Source of the DNA: an uncultured Flavobacteriales bacterium
Lineage (GTDB): Bacteria > Bacteroidota > Bacteroidia > Flavobacteriales_D > Crocinitomicaceae
Direction of reading: 5' to 3'
DNA length: 59,006 bases
Assembly: GCA_903899795.1 (NCBI GenBank)
Contig: CAIUKX010000197.1
Span: 1 to 59,006, forward strand
Both the position numbers and the translations under genes were made by a program. This document shows, in pieces, positions 27,447 to 36,264 of this stretch. The stretch's first letter is position 1; each line of letters starts with the position of its first letter. A model generated the notes under the pieces. That model saw only the letters and a program-made list of their open reading frames with translations, did no database searches and was not told the DNA's origin.

Positions 27447-28379
27447 TTAATTGTGCAATATTTCTTCTAAATCAGCATATTCAGGGAGAACCGGTCTTGT
27501 TTTCAATCCTTGTTCGATGATTGCCAATACTTGTTCTCTTTCTTCACCAGCTAATGGTAATCGAGGTGCACGAACATATTCAGATCCGATACCTGTCGCA
27601 ACTTCTGCTAATTTAATATTTTGAACTAGGTGAGCATTGATATCCAATTCCAAAAGTGGTAAGAACCAACGGTAAATCAATACGGCTTCTTGAATTCTGC
27701 CTGCTTTTACTAATTTATAGATGGCAACAGTTTCTCTAGGAAAAGCATCACATAAACCAGCCACCCATCCGTCTGAACCAAGTACTAAACTTTCTAGTGC
27801 AAGTGTATCCACGCCGGAAAGGATTTTCAAACGGCTTCCGAAACGGTTGATCATTCGTGTTACATTGGAAATATCACGCGTTGATTCTTTTACTGCTTGA
27901 ATCGTATCATATTGTAATAATTCCTCAAACATATCAAGTGTAACTTCCGTTTTATAGTCAACAGGATTATTGTAAATCATGATGGGTAAAGAAGTGTTCT
28001 TCGCAACTTCACTAAAGAAAGCAACTGTTTCACGTTCACTGGAACTGTAACGCATAGGAGGCAGCATCATCAAACCGGAAGCACCGTCTTGTTCCGCTTT
28101 TGCCGCAGCTAAAACAGCTCCTTTCGTCGTTTGCTCAGCTATGTTCATAATAACCGGAACTTTTCCATCAACAATGCTGACGGTAGTTTTCACCAAAGTT
28201 CTCTTTTCTTCATCCAATAGGGTACTAGCTTCACCAAGTGTTCCACCTAAAATAATACCTTCAACTCCGGCCTCTAATTGAGCATTTACATTAAGTGCGA
28301 ACAAATCCAAATCCAATTTGTCATCACTTGTGAACTTTGTAGTTACCGCAGGCATTACACCTTTCCATTCTATACTCAT
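27447..28379 (-). CDS. DHDPS/NAL-family lyase, likely delta1-pyrroline-4-hydroxy-2-carboxylate deaminase
   Basis: GGTLGEASTL, YNNP, and Schiff-base Lys context AVKEST; cluster context. Confidence 0.8.
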   Translation of the reverse strand: MSIEWKGVMPAVTTKFTSDDKLDLDLFALNVNAQLEAGVEGIILGGTLGEASTLLDEEKRTLVKTTVSIVDGKVPVIMNIAEQTTKGAVLAAAKAEQDGASGLMMLPPMRYSSSERETVAFFSEVAKNTSLPIMIYNNPVDYKTEVTLDMFEELLQYDTIQAVKESTRDISNVTRMINRFGSRLKILSGVDTLALESLVLGSDGWVAGLCDAFPRETVAIYKLVKAGRIQEAVLIYRWFLPLLELDINAHLVQNIKLAEVATGIGSEYVRAPRLPLAGEEREQVLAIIEQGLKTRPVLPEYADLEEILHN

Positions 28380-28449
28380 CTTGTTATAATTTTAAACCAA
28401 AATTAGAGCATTTCTGCTGAACAACGTATTATTTAATTATCTGCTATAA

Positions 28450-28609
28450 ATACTATATTACCATTTATATGGATAAATGATAAAAATCATATTAATATCT
28501 GCATGATTATAATTCATCTCCTTTAATAATACCTATTTTATTGGATTTTTTCACAAAACGACACGAATATTTACATAAATTAGCTAGAACTGATACTATA
28601 TTATCATTT
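28450..28609. promoter_or_regulatory. Direct 17-mer repeat in the divergent hyp/AraC control region (candidate operator pair)
   Basis: ATACTATATTACCATTT (28450-28466) and ATACTATATTATCATTT (28593-28609) match at 16/17, starts 143 bp apart. A TTTGAT-A-ATCAAA palindrome lies just downstream. Confidence 0.45.
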
Positions 28610-28661
28610 GATTTTGATAATCAAATATAAAGTAGTAATATTTGCTTAAAACGATACGGCT

Positions 28662-29495
28662 ATGAAAGTATTACCATTCAAAATTCTTAAAACAAGGGAA
28701 CAGGTTCTTTTGTTTCAGGAGGATCGCAACAAGATCTTATATGAGTTACTTCACCAACATGAAGAAATTCAAATCAGCTTAATTGAGAAGGGTGCAGGAA
28801 ACTTACTAGTAGGCGATACTTTCACATCTTTTCAGGAAGGTGATATTATTGTGTTTGGTAAAAATTTACCACACGTACTAAAAAGTGATGAACTTTGTTC
28901 CATGGTTTCCATTTTCTTTACGAAAGAGTGTTTTGGGAAGGATTTTTTCGCATTACCCGATTTGGAAGATTTAGCTGTTTTTTTGGGTGAAAGCGACCGT
29001 GGAATCTTGGTTTGCTCCAACCAGGATAAAATCAAACAGATATTTGCTGATTTTGCAGAGGCTACTAAGTTACAGCGTTTTCAGTTGTTTTTGAATTTGC
29101 TCGACATCATTAACAGAAGTGAAAAGAAACAACTTTCTTCTTTCTTGTACAACAAGGAACTTTCGATGAACGAAGGAAAAAGGATGAGTCTTGTTTTTGA
29201 TTACTTGATGAAAAATGTAGACAAAGAAGTTAGTTTACAAGAAGTTGCAGCTGTTGCATCGATGAGTAAAAATGCATTTTGTCGTTATTTCAAGCAACGA
29301 ACCAATAAAACTTTTTTCCAGTTCTTAATTGAAATTCGAATTGAGCGGGCATGCGGTTTATTGATCAAAAATCCGGATTTATCGATAACTGAAGTCTCTG
29401 AATTATGCGGATTTAAAAATTTATCCAATTTCAATAGAAAATTCAAAGAAATAAAATCCGTAAGTCCGAAAATGATTAAGAAAGCGCGTAGATAG
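28662..29495 (+). CDS. AraC family transcriptional regulator (cupin-like N-domain + HTH)
   Basis: C-terminal dual HTH AAVASMSKNAFCRYFKQRTNKTFFQFLIEIRIERACGLL. Confidence 0.9.
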   Translation: MKVLPFKILKTREQVLLFQEDRNKILYELLHQHEEIQISLIEKGAGNLLVGDTFTSFQEGDIIVFGKNLPHVLKSDELCSMVSIFFTKECFGKDFFALPDLEDLAVFLGESDRGILVCSNQDKIKQIFADFAEATKLQRFQLFLNLLDIINRSEKKQLSSFLYNKELSMNEGKRMSLVFDYLMKNVDKEVSLQEVAAVASMSKNAFCRYFKQRTNKTFFQFLIEIRIERACGLLIKNPDLSITEVSELCGFKNLSNFNRKFKEIKSVSPKMIKKARR

Positions 29496-29621
29496 TCCTT
29501 GGTTATTAGAATAATGCAGTTGGAATATAGATTCTAACGAATAGTGACTAATAACTAATGACTATTTTAGATAAACGTTTCAGTATTTTATTTTTACTTT
29601 AGTCAGGCTAAAAAGTAGATA

Positions 29622-31415
29622 ATGGAACAAACACAATCGAATAAAACGAATTACGGAGCATTAACCACCTTAACAACTGTCTTTTTTTTCTGGGGATTTA
29701 TTGCAGCAGGGAATAGTGTTTTCATACCTTTTTGTAAACACTATTTTCATTTGGATCAGTTTCAGAGTCAGTTGATTGATTTTGCTTTTTATTTAGCCTA
29801 TTACATTGGAGCTTTGGCTTTGTTCATTGCTGGATCCAGTTCTGGAAAAGATATTGTCGGGACTTGGGGTTATAAGAAAAGTATCGTATATGGTTTATTG
29901 TTTTCGGCAATCGGTGCAGTAGCGATGATTATTTCCGTTTATTTGAATGTTTTCGCAGGAATGTTATTTGGATTGTTCATCGTTGCCCTGGGTTTTTCAC
30001 TTCAACAAACTTCAGCCAATCCTTTCATGATTGCTTTAGGAGATGAAGCCAGTGGAAGTACACGTATCAATTTAGGTGGTGCGATCAATAGTTTAGGAAC
30101 ATCCATCGGTCCTTTAGTAGTTGCTTTGGCATTATTTGGAACAACGGCAGCTATCAGCGATGAAATGATCGCTTCATTGAGCCTTTCAAAAGTGAGTATC
30201 TTATATGCTTGTGTTGGTCTCTTGTTTTTGGGAACAGCAGCTTTGTTTGGATTTTCGAAAAAGGTTCCTTCCGGTAAAATAGAAGAAGTTGTTTCAGGAG
30301 AAACGTCAGGAAAACCTGAGAATGCTCGTAAGGCGGTGTTAACATTACTGGTTATTACGGGATTATTGATTGCTTGTTTTGCGCCTGTATTTTCAAGTTA
30401 CCGCTCTGAATCAGCGAAAGAATTGATCGAATTACAACATGATTTGGAACAGGTGAAGTTGGATGAAAACGGTGTTTCTATGGAAACGCTTTCAAGTACA
30501 CAACTTGTGACACAAAAAGCGATTGAATTAAACATTGAGAAAATCAAAAAGCCTTTGGAGCAGCAACGAATGATGTGGTTGACTGGAGGTTTGATAGTTA
30601 TTGTCGGCGGATTATTATTTGCCCATTCAAGAGGTAAAAAAGAAAAAGAAGGATGGGGAGCTATGCAGCATCCACAATTGGTTTTGGGAATGCTGGCAAT
30701 TTTCGTTTATGTAGGGGTAGAAGTAGCAATAGGAAGTAACCTCGGTGAACTATTGAAACAAAAAGAATTCGGCGGTTTTGGTTCTTCGCAGATTGCACCC
30801 TATATCACCATGTATTGGGGAAGTTTGATGATTGGTCGTTGGGCTGGTTCCATTACTGCTTTTAAATTGAGTAAATCAACTACTCAAATATTGCGATTTA
30901 TTGTTCCGATAATTGCTTTTGGAATTGTATTGGGAATCACAAAAATTTTAGGATATGAAATTCATACTTTGTACTGGTATATAGTTTGTGTTTTACTCCA
31001 AATTGTTGCGTTTTACATTACGAATGACAAACCGACTTTGACACTTTTTGTTTTTGGCATGTTAGGAGCAGCAGCAACTGTTGTAGGTCTTACTACTTCA
31101 GGAATTACAGCTGTTTATGCTTTCCTTAGTGCCGGTCTTTTTTGTTCGATCATGTGGCCGTGCATCTTCTCACTTTCTTTGGCTGGATTAGGTAAATACC
31201 AGTCACAAGGTTCAGGTTTTCTCGTCATGATGATTTTGGGCGGAGCAATTATACCACCGCTTCAAGGAAAGCTTTCGGATGTTTTGGGAATTCAGCCTTC
31301 TTTTATAGTAGGAACGATTTGCTTTGTATATCTTGCGTTCTTTGCAGTATATGTGAAAAGACTCTTAAAATCGCAAGGCATTTCATTTGACGAACAAGTT
31401 GGTGGAGGACATTGA
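29622..31415 (+). CDS. MFS transporter of the FucP/GluP (FHS) type with a greatly enlarged central loop
   Basis: FFFWGFIAAGNSVFIPF, GFSLQQTSANPF and LGGAINSLGTSIGP are typical of glucose/galactose-fucose MFS. 597 aa, with a central region of about 135 aa. Confidence 0.85.
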   Translation: MEQTQSNKTNYGALTTLTTVFFFWGFIAAGNSVFIPFCKHYFHLDQFQSQLIDFAFYLAYYIGALALFIAGSSSGKDIVGTWGYKKSIVYGLLFSAIGAVAMIISVYLNVFAGMLFGLFIVALGFSLQQTSANPFMIALGDEASGSTRINLGGAINSLGTSIGPLVVALALFGTTAAISDEMIASLSLSKVSILYACVGLLFLGTAALFGFSKKVPSGKIEEVVSGETSGKPENARKAVLTLLVITGLLIACFAPVFSSYRSESAKELIELQHDLEQVKLDENGVSMETLSSTQLVTQKAIELNIEKIKKPLEQQRMMWLTGGLIVIVGGLLFAHSRGKKEKEGWGAMQHPQLVLGMLAIFVYVGVEVAIGSNLGELLKQKEFGGFGSSQIAPYITMYWGSLMIGRWAGSITAFKLSKSTTQILRFIVPIIAFGIVLGITKILGYEIHTLYWYIVCVLLQIVAFYITNDKPTLTLFVFGMLGAAATVVGLTTSGITAVYAFLSAGLFCSIMWPCIFSLSLAGLGKYQSQGSGFLVMMILGGAIIPPLQGKLSDVLGIQPSFIVGTICFVYLAFFAVYVKRLLKSQGISFDEQVGGGH

Positions 31416-31454
31416 TGATTTTGAATTTATCAGAATAGAATTCTATTAAATTAT

Positions 31455-31507
31455 TTCTGCTTCGTCTTTAAGCAATGCGATCTTATGTCTTTTAGTCTTG
31501 AGTCTTA
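31455..31507. repeat. NNAAGAC unit array abutting the DUF420 stop codon (single arm)
   Basis: In gene sense: TAA-GACTCAAGAC-TAAAAGAC-ATAAGATC-GCATTGC-TTAAAGAC. Confidence 0.6.
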
Positions 31508-32041
31508 ATGGACGTAATAAGGCGAAATCATCAAATACACGATAACTCCTGTAACAGCTACATACATCCAGATTGGCCATGCATAACGTGTCCATTTTTT
31601 GTGTTTTGTGTAATTTCCTTCCCAGGCAAAAAGATAGGTGAACAAAACAATCGGAATAACAGCTACACTTAATAGGATATGAGTGATCAAAATGAATAGA
31701 TATAAGCCTCTCATCGAACCTCCATATATTGTTGCTTCAGATGTTAGGTGATAAGTGACATAGCAAGCTAAAAAGATAAGTGAAAGCAATAAAGACATAC
31801 GAATAAACATCCGATGTATTTTCATATTTTTCTTTTTGATTGCCAGTAAAGCTGAAACAAGTAGAATTGCTGTTAAGCCATTAATTCCAGCATAAATCGG
31901 AGGTAAAAAATGAGAGTCAAATCCTTTTACTTTAGGCATTCCGAACAATACTGCAACAACCAAAGGTATTGCAACAGATGCAATATAAATTGCTGTTCTA
32001 ACTTGCTTTAATTTTTTGGGTTCAATCGACGTCGTATTCAT
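31505..32041 (-). CDS. DUF420 membrane protein (oxidase-associated)
   Basis: 178 aa, 4-5 TM, terminal position in the cox accessory operon as in other Flavobacteriia. Confidence 0.65.
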   Translation of the reverse strand: MNTTSIEPKKLKQVRTAIYIASVAIPLVVAVLFGMPKVKGFDSHFLPPIYAGINGLTAILLVSALLAIKKKNMKIHRMFIRMSLLLSLIFLACYVTYHLTSEATIYGGSMRGLYLFILITHILLSVAVIPIVLFTYLFAWEGNYTKHKKWTRYAWPIWMYVAVTGVIVYLMISPYYVH

Positions 32042-32675
32042 ATTTCAATAATTTTCTAAGATCTTTTTCCAATTGATTTACGGGTTCAGGATCGGTTGCC
32101 GGGTTATAAACACCTCTTACATAACCTTCTTTGTCCACAATTACAAATGCTGCTGAATGTGCATAACCTCCGGCTGAAGCGGCATCTTCTTTGGCAAAAA
32201 TCAGGAAATGATTGATGCCTAAATCATGTGTTTTATCTTCATCACCCGTAAAGAAATACCAGTTTTTTGAAGTAATTCCGTGTGCTTTGATGTACTGACG
32301 AAGGCGAGTAGGTGTGTCTATTGTTGGATTGATAGAGAAAGACATGTATTGAATATGGTCGTTGATGTCTTTGGTCATTTCATTCAATCGCTTCATTTGC
32401 TTCGTCATTTTAGGACAGATGGATGGACAACTGGTGAAAAAGAAATCTGCAACCCACACTTTACCTTTCATCTCTGAAGATTTGATCATCACAGAATCCT
32501 GATTAAGGTATTGAAAATCGATCATTTTTGGATAAACAGTATCTGCTACTTCTTTGCCATCCACAGTTTTGTATTCGATGTCGAAATTACCGATGTAGGG
32601 AAGAACTTTCTCTTTCTTCTTTTCCGTGCAAGAAAACAAACTAAGAACCAATGCGAAAATTACTACTGATTTCAT
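32022..32675 (-). CDS. SCO1/SenC family copper chaperone (lipoprotein)
   Basis: Thioredoxin fold with FFFTSCPSICP (CxxxC) and a lipobox LSLFSC. Confidence 0.85.
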   Translation of the reverse strand: MKSVVIFALVLSLFSCTEKKKEKVLPYIGNFDIEYKTVDGKEVADTVYPKMIDFQYLNQDSVMIKSSEMKGKVWVADFFFTSCPSICPKMTKQMKRLNEMTKDINDHIQYMSFSINPTIDTPTRLRQYIKAHGITSKNWYFFTGDEDKTHDLGINHFLIFAKEDAASAGGYAHSAAFVIVDKEGYVRGVYNPATDPEPVNQLEKDLRKLLKYEYDVD

Positions 32676-32676
32676 T

Positions 32677-33366
32677 TTATTTTTGCTTTTTCAACAATGC
32701 TTTTTTATGTTCCTTATCGTATTGCTTTTGAAGTAACGCAACGTGTTGATACATTCTACGAACTGTTCCTTCCTGATTACCTCTGTTGACCATTCTCAAA
32801 TGATTCTTTTTGTCCAGTAACAACATTAATTCCAAATAAGCTTCTCCACCGAAGTATTGCTCTCCTTTTTTTAGCAATGATTGATTGTTGTACTTGAAGT
32901 CATAAACTGCACGTGCATCTCCTTTTGCTAGGTACCATACATCTGGATCGTAGCCCTCAACTTGATCGTATAAAGCGTCCTTTATCACGGACAAATCTTT
33001 TAAAGGTTCACCTTTACTATCGGTTGCAAAAGAAATAATTTTTACTTGTTTAAGTTTCTTTTTTCTGTTTTTCATTATGTGCTGATAGATCGCATGATCT
33101 ACGTTCCACAACAGAATTGCACAACTATCCGGACAAGTTTGTTGGATGGTCGTAACGATCACAACATCCCCTTTGAAGTTTTTTGAAGAAAAATGTTTTC
33201 CTCTGGAGTCTGTGAAATGATAATTAATTGCTTTACCGTAATCAGGTAATTCTTTGAATTTGTGTTCACAACCACGGGTTGACAAAAACACTAATAAAAA
33301 AGCCGGAAAAAGTAAAATGAATATTGCTATTATCTTACTTTTTCCGGCAGATTTTTTACTCGCCAT
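32677..33366 (-). CDS. SCO-like/thioredoxin-fold membrane-anchored protein
   Basis: N-terminal TM anchor and a TCPDSC (CxxxC) motif in a position similar to SCO; divergent otherwise. Confidence 0.5.
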   Translation of the reverse strand: MASKKSAGKSKIIAIFILLFPAFLLVFLSTRGCEHKFKELPDYGKAINYHFTDSRGKHFSSKNFKGDVVIVTTIQQTCPDSCAILLWNVDHAIYQHIMKNRKKKLKQVKIISFATDSKGEPLKDLSVIKDALYDQVEGYDPDVWYLAKGDARAVYDFKYNNQSLLKKGEQYFGGEAYLELMLLLDKKNHLRMVNRGNQEGTVRRMYQHVALLQKQYDKEHKKALLKKQK

Positions 33367-33376
33367 TCTTAAAAAA

Positions 33377-33745
33377 TTATGCTCCGAAAGCTTTTAGTAC
33401 TCTGTCTATGGCTGTTGATTCCGTCAATAAGATGAAAAGCAGATAGAGGATAAAAATTATATAAGGGACTAGAATAATATATTTCAATGATTTCTTTTCA
33501 TGACCAAGGTGCATAAATACCAAAACGATATAGGCAGCTTTCACGATAGTCAAAATGATAAACCCCCATTTTACTAAGTGCCAGATAGAACTATCTTGTT
33601 TGATAAAAGCTCCGCATGCAACTTCAACAATTGTAATAAGCGTTAAGATTGCAGTTACCTGCCAGATCTTTTTACGCATTTTGACACCTTCCTCTTCGCT
33701 GTGGTGTGTGTCTAATGAATATTCTATGATATCATCTCTTTCCAT
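33377..33745 (-). CDS. Cytochrome c oxidase subunit IV family protein
   Basis: 122 aa with 3 TM, directly downstream of cox3. Confidence 0.6.
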   Translation of the reverse strand: MERDDIIEYSLDTHHSEEEGVKMRKKIWQVTAILTLITIVEVACGAFIKQDSSIWHLVKWGFIILTIVKAAYIVLVFMHLGHEKKSLKYIILVPYIIFILYLLFILLTESTAIDRVLKAFGA

Positions 33746-33765
33746 GATCGATTTTTTTTAAAGAA

Positions 33766-34803
33766 TTAAACAAGATAGAAGAAGGTAAATACGAATACCC
33801 AAACTAAATCGACAAAGTGCCAGTACAATCCAGTTTTTTCAACCATTTCGTAGTGACCTCTTTTGTGGTAAAGATTTCTCATTACCCCAATCAAAATAAT
33901 AATATTGAAAACAACTCCTGAGAATACGTGGAATCCGTGGAAACCTGTAATGAAGAAAAAGAAGTGACCGTATTGTTGTGGTCCGTATTCATTTTGCTTC
34001 AAATTCGCTCCGTAGATTACTTTGTGAGCTTCTCCTGTGTTGATTGATCCATAGTATAAATCTTCAGCTTCTTTTCCATCGATTTTATCTCCGATTTTGT
34101 GCTTTGATCCATTTTTCTTGATCACCAATTGCATGTGCTCATCTTTTTCCTTTTTGACAAGAGCTTTTGTACCATCATGCAATGTTATTTGTCCGTTTTC
34201 AATATGACCAAGCTCAACTGCATGTTGGAATTGGTGCATTAAATCTCCTTCGAAAGCATCTACAATTTTTTCTCCTTTCTTATGGTGTCCATGTGCCTCG
34301 GTAACGTCAAAAGATGTGATTTTACCGAAATGTCCTTTTACAATCGCTTGTGAACCATCCGCTAATTCCACTTTTCCGAATTCAGACCCGTGGATGAAGT
34401 GACTCCATTCCCAAGCTTGTGAACCAACGAAGAAAAAACCACCAATAATGGTAGCAATCATCCATTTTACAACCCCTTTTTTATCCATTCTATGTCCCGC
34501 CTCTACAGCAAGTACCATCGTTACCGATGAAACGATCAAAATAAAGGTCATTAATGCAACATAAATCAACGGATAACCATGTCCTAAAAATGGTAATGAG
34601 TTGAAAGTTTCCTCACCGATCGGCCATGCATCAGATACATTAAAACGGGTAAAACTATATGCAGCAAGTAATCCTCCGAATGTCAAAGCATCCGAAACAA
34701 GGAAAAACCACATCATCAACTTTCCGTAACTCGTTGTAAATGGAGATGTTTTCCCTCCCCATAACGTTTCTGTGTCAATTTGTTTTGCAGCGTGTTCAGC
34801 CAT
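33766..34803 (-). CDS. Cytochrome c oxidase subunit III (with a His-rich loop insertion)
   Basis: FFFITGFHGFHVFSGV and YWHFVDLVWVFVF signatures. About 110-130 extra aa before the TGFHG helix. Confidence 0.8.
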   Translation of the reverse strand: MAEHAAKQIDTETLWGGKTSPFTTSYGKLMMWFFLVSDALTFGGLLAAYSFTRFNVSDAWPIGEETFNSLPFLGHGYPLIYVALMTFILIVSSVTMVLAVEAGHRMDKKGVVKWMIATIIGGFFFVGSQAWEWSHFIHGSEFGKVELADGSQAIVKGHFGKITSFDVTEAHGHHKKGEKIVDAFEGDLMHQFQHAVELGHIENGQITLHDGTKALVKKEKDEHMQLVIKKNGSKHKIGDKIDGKEAEDLYYGSINTGEAHKVIYGANLKQNEYGPQQYGHFFFFITGFHGFHVFSGVVFNIIILIGVMRNLYHKRGHYEMVEKTGLYWHFVDLVWVFVFTFFYLV

Positions 34804-35058
34804 TGTAAATAAATTTTGTGCAAGTTTAATGAATAAAAAGTAAAAACAGTACTAATTCAATGGAGAAAAATGAGAGAAAATAAATTGAAATTTTAAAAAG
34901 AGCTGTGTTTAGGATTAAAATTAATTTTAATCTTATTGATTATGAGTCTATTGATTTTCTTATTTAGATTAAATATACTTTAAGCTTAAGTAAAGAAATT
35001 AGCATTAAAAATTGATAACGAGCTTTTGTGGAAACAGTAAATTAATTTGGATTAATCG

Positions 35059-35086
35059 TTATCTGAAATTAATTATTTTCAGATAA
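35059..35086 (-). terminator. Hairpin terminator of the cyoE-cox3 transcription unit
   Basis: TTATCTGAAA-8 nt-TTTCAGATAA: perfect 10-bp stem, about 90 nt downstream of the stop at 35175. Confidence 0.55.
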
Positions 35087-35093
35087 ATACCAA

Positions 35094-35136
35094 TGTTTAC
35101 AAGACCGTAAAGGTTTTTAACGGTTAAACAATAGTT
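35094..35136 (+). repeat. 43-nt conserved intergenic motif, copy A
   Basis: TGTTTACAAGACCGTAAAGGTTTTTAACGGTTAAACAATAGTT matches 48146-48188 at 38 of 43 positions. Confidence 0.7.
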
Positions 35137-35174
35137 CGCAAAAGACATGAAGAAAATGTCCTAGAATACTGATT

Positions 35175-36257
35175 TTAATGAATGTACATTAGGAACAGGA
35201 GTAATGCAACCCATAATCCTCCCAGGAAATCCCAAAAAATGGCACCTAATCTTAGGCTAAGCGTATTGCCGACAGTAAACTTTCCTTGAAGCGACCAAAC
35301 AGTCATTTTAAGCATGTAGAAAAGTGTTCCCACAATGTGTAAAAGATGAAGGAAGGTAATCAACCACAAATAAGAAGATGAAGTGTCAGCAGCTTCCAAA
35401 GGTTTGGTCTGCAAATAATCGTCCAGTACTTTTCCATGGTATTGCCATTGGCGATTGACATAATCCAGTTCTTTTCCTTTGTAATAAACATGAAAGTCTT
35501 TTCCGATTTTTCCTTTTAAGAAAAAGTCTCCTCTTTCATTTTGGATGTTCATGGATAATTTCTGTAGACGATCCAAATCAACAAATTGTAATTCGGTGCT
35601 GTCTGGCAAGCACAATTTTCCCTTGATCAATTCAACGGGTTGTTGTTTGTAGTACAGTTGAAATTTACCTCCGTATTCTTTAACAGTATATGGTTTTAAC
35701 GGTTCAAATTTTCCAAATTGAGAAACAAATTGTTTCAGGTCACTCAATTGCGGTTGAGTTAGTTTCTTACCATTCATCAAATAATCGTTTCCATCTATTT
35801 CAATGAATTTTCCATCGTATTTGATTTCATAGTATCCGTAATATCTCCCGTCTTCACCTGCGCTACCGTAACGACCGTCAACAACCATGATGTTTCCAAC
35901 GAAATGACTTCCCTGGTCAACCAGTTGTCCGTATCCTTTGAATTGGAAATAGACGAAAAGCAATCCAAAAATGAATGTAAGTGTGACAAATAATTTCGAA
36001 AGTGTTGCTTTCCCTTTTTCGGCTAAACGAATCCCTATGTGGACAAAAATACTACTGACAATAATTACAGCCGTACTCATCCAAAATGCTTTCGGGAAAG
36101 GAAATTTAACCCAAAACGAATCACCCATTGAAACGATATAACCAGACGTTAATCCGGCGAAAAGCATTACGATACTGAAAATACTGATAACAACAAGTGT
36201 TATTTTTGTTTTCTCTCTCACTTCCGGAGTAATGTCCGTGTTGTAATCCTTGTTCAT
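35175..36257 (-). CDS. Cytochrome c oxidase subunit III-like protein (short 5-TM type) with an inserted domain of about 175 aa
   Basis: TM1-3, then a soluble insertion (aa ~118-292), then WLITFLHLLHIVGTLFYM and IFWDFLGGLWVALLLFLMYI helices. Confidence 0.65.
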   Translation of the reverse strand: MNKDYNTDITPEVREKTKITLVVISIFSIVMLFAGLTSGYIVSMGDSFWVKFPFPKAFWMSTAVIIVSSIFVHIGIRLAEKGKATLSKLFVTLTFIFGLLFVYFQFKGYGQLVDQGSHFVGNIMVVDGRYGSAGEDGRYYGYYEIKYDGKFIEIDGNDYLMNGKKLTQPQLSDLKQFVSQFGKFEPLKPYTVKEYGGKFQLYYKQQPVELIKGKLCLPDSTELQFVDLDRLQKLSMNIQNERGDFFLKGKIGKDFHVYYKGKELDYVNRQWQYHGKVLDDYLQTKPLEAADTSSSYLWLITFLHLLHIVGTLFYMLKMTVWSLQGKFTVGNTLSLRLGAIFWDFLGGLWVALLLFLMYIH

Positions 36258-36264
36258 AGTATTG

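Noticed and set aside
31434-31447. AATAGAATTCTATT perfect 14-nt palindrome after the MFS gene
   Set aside because: It is loop-less and AT-rich, so any hairpin would be weak, and it is not repeated elsewhere in the window. It is probably insignificant.
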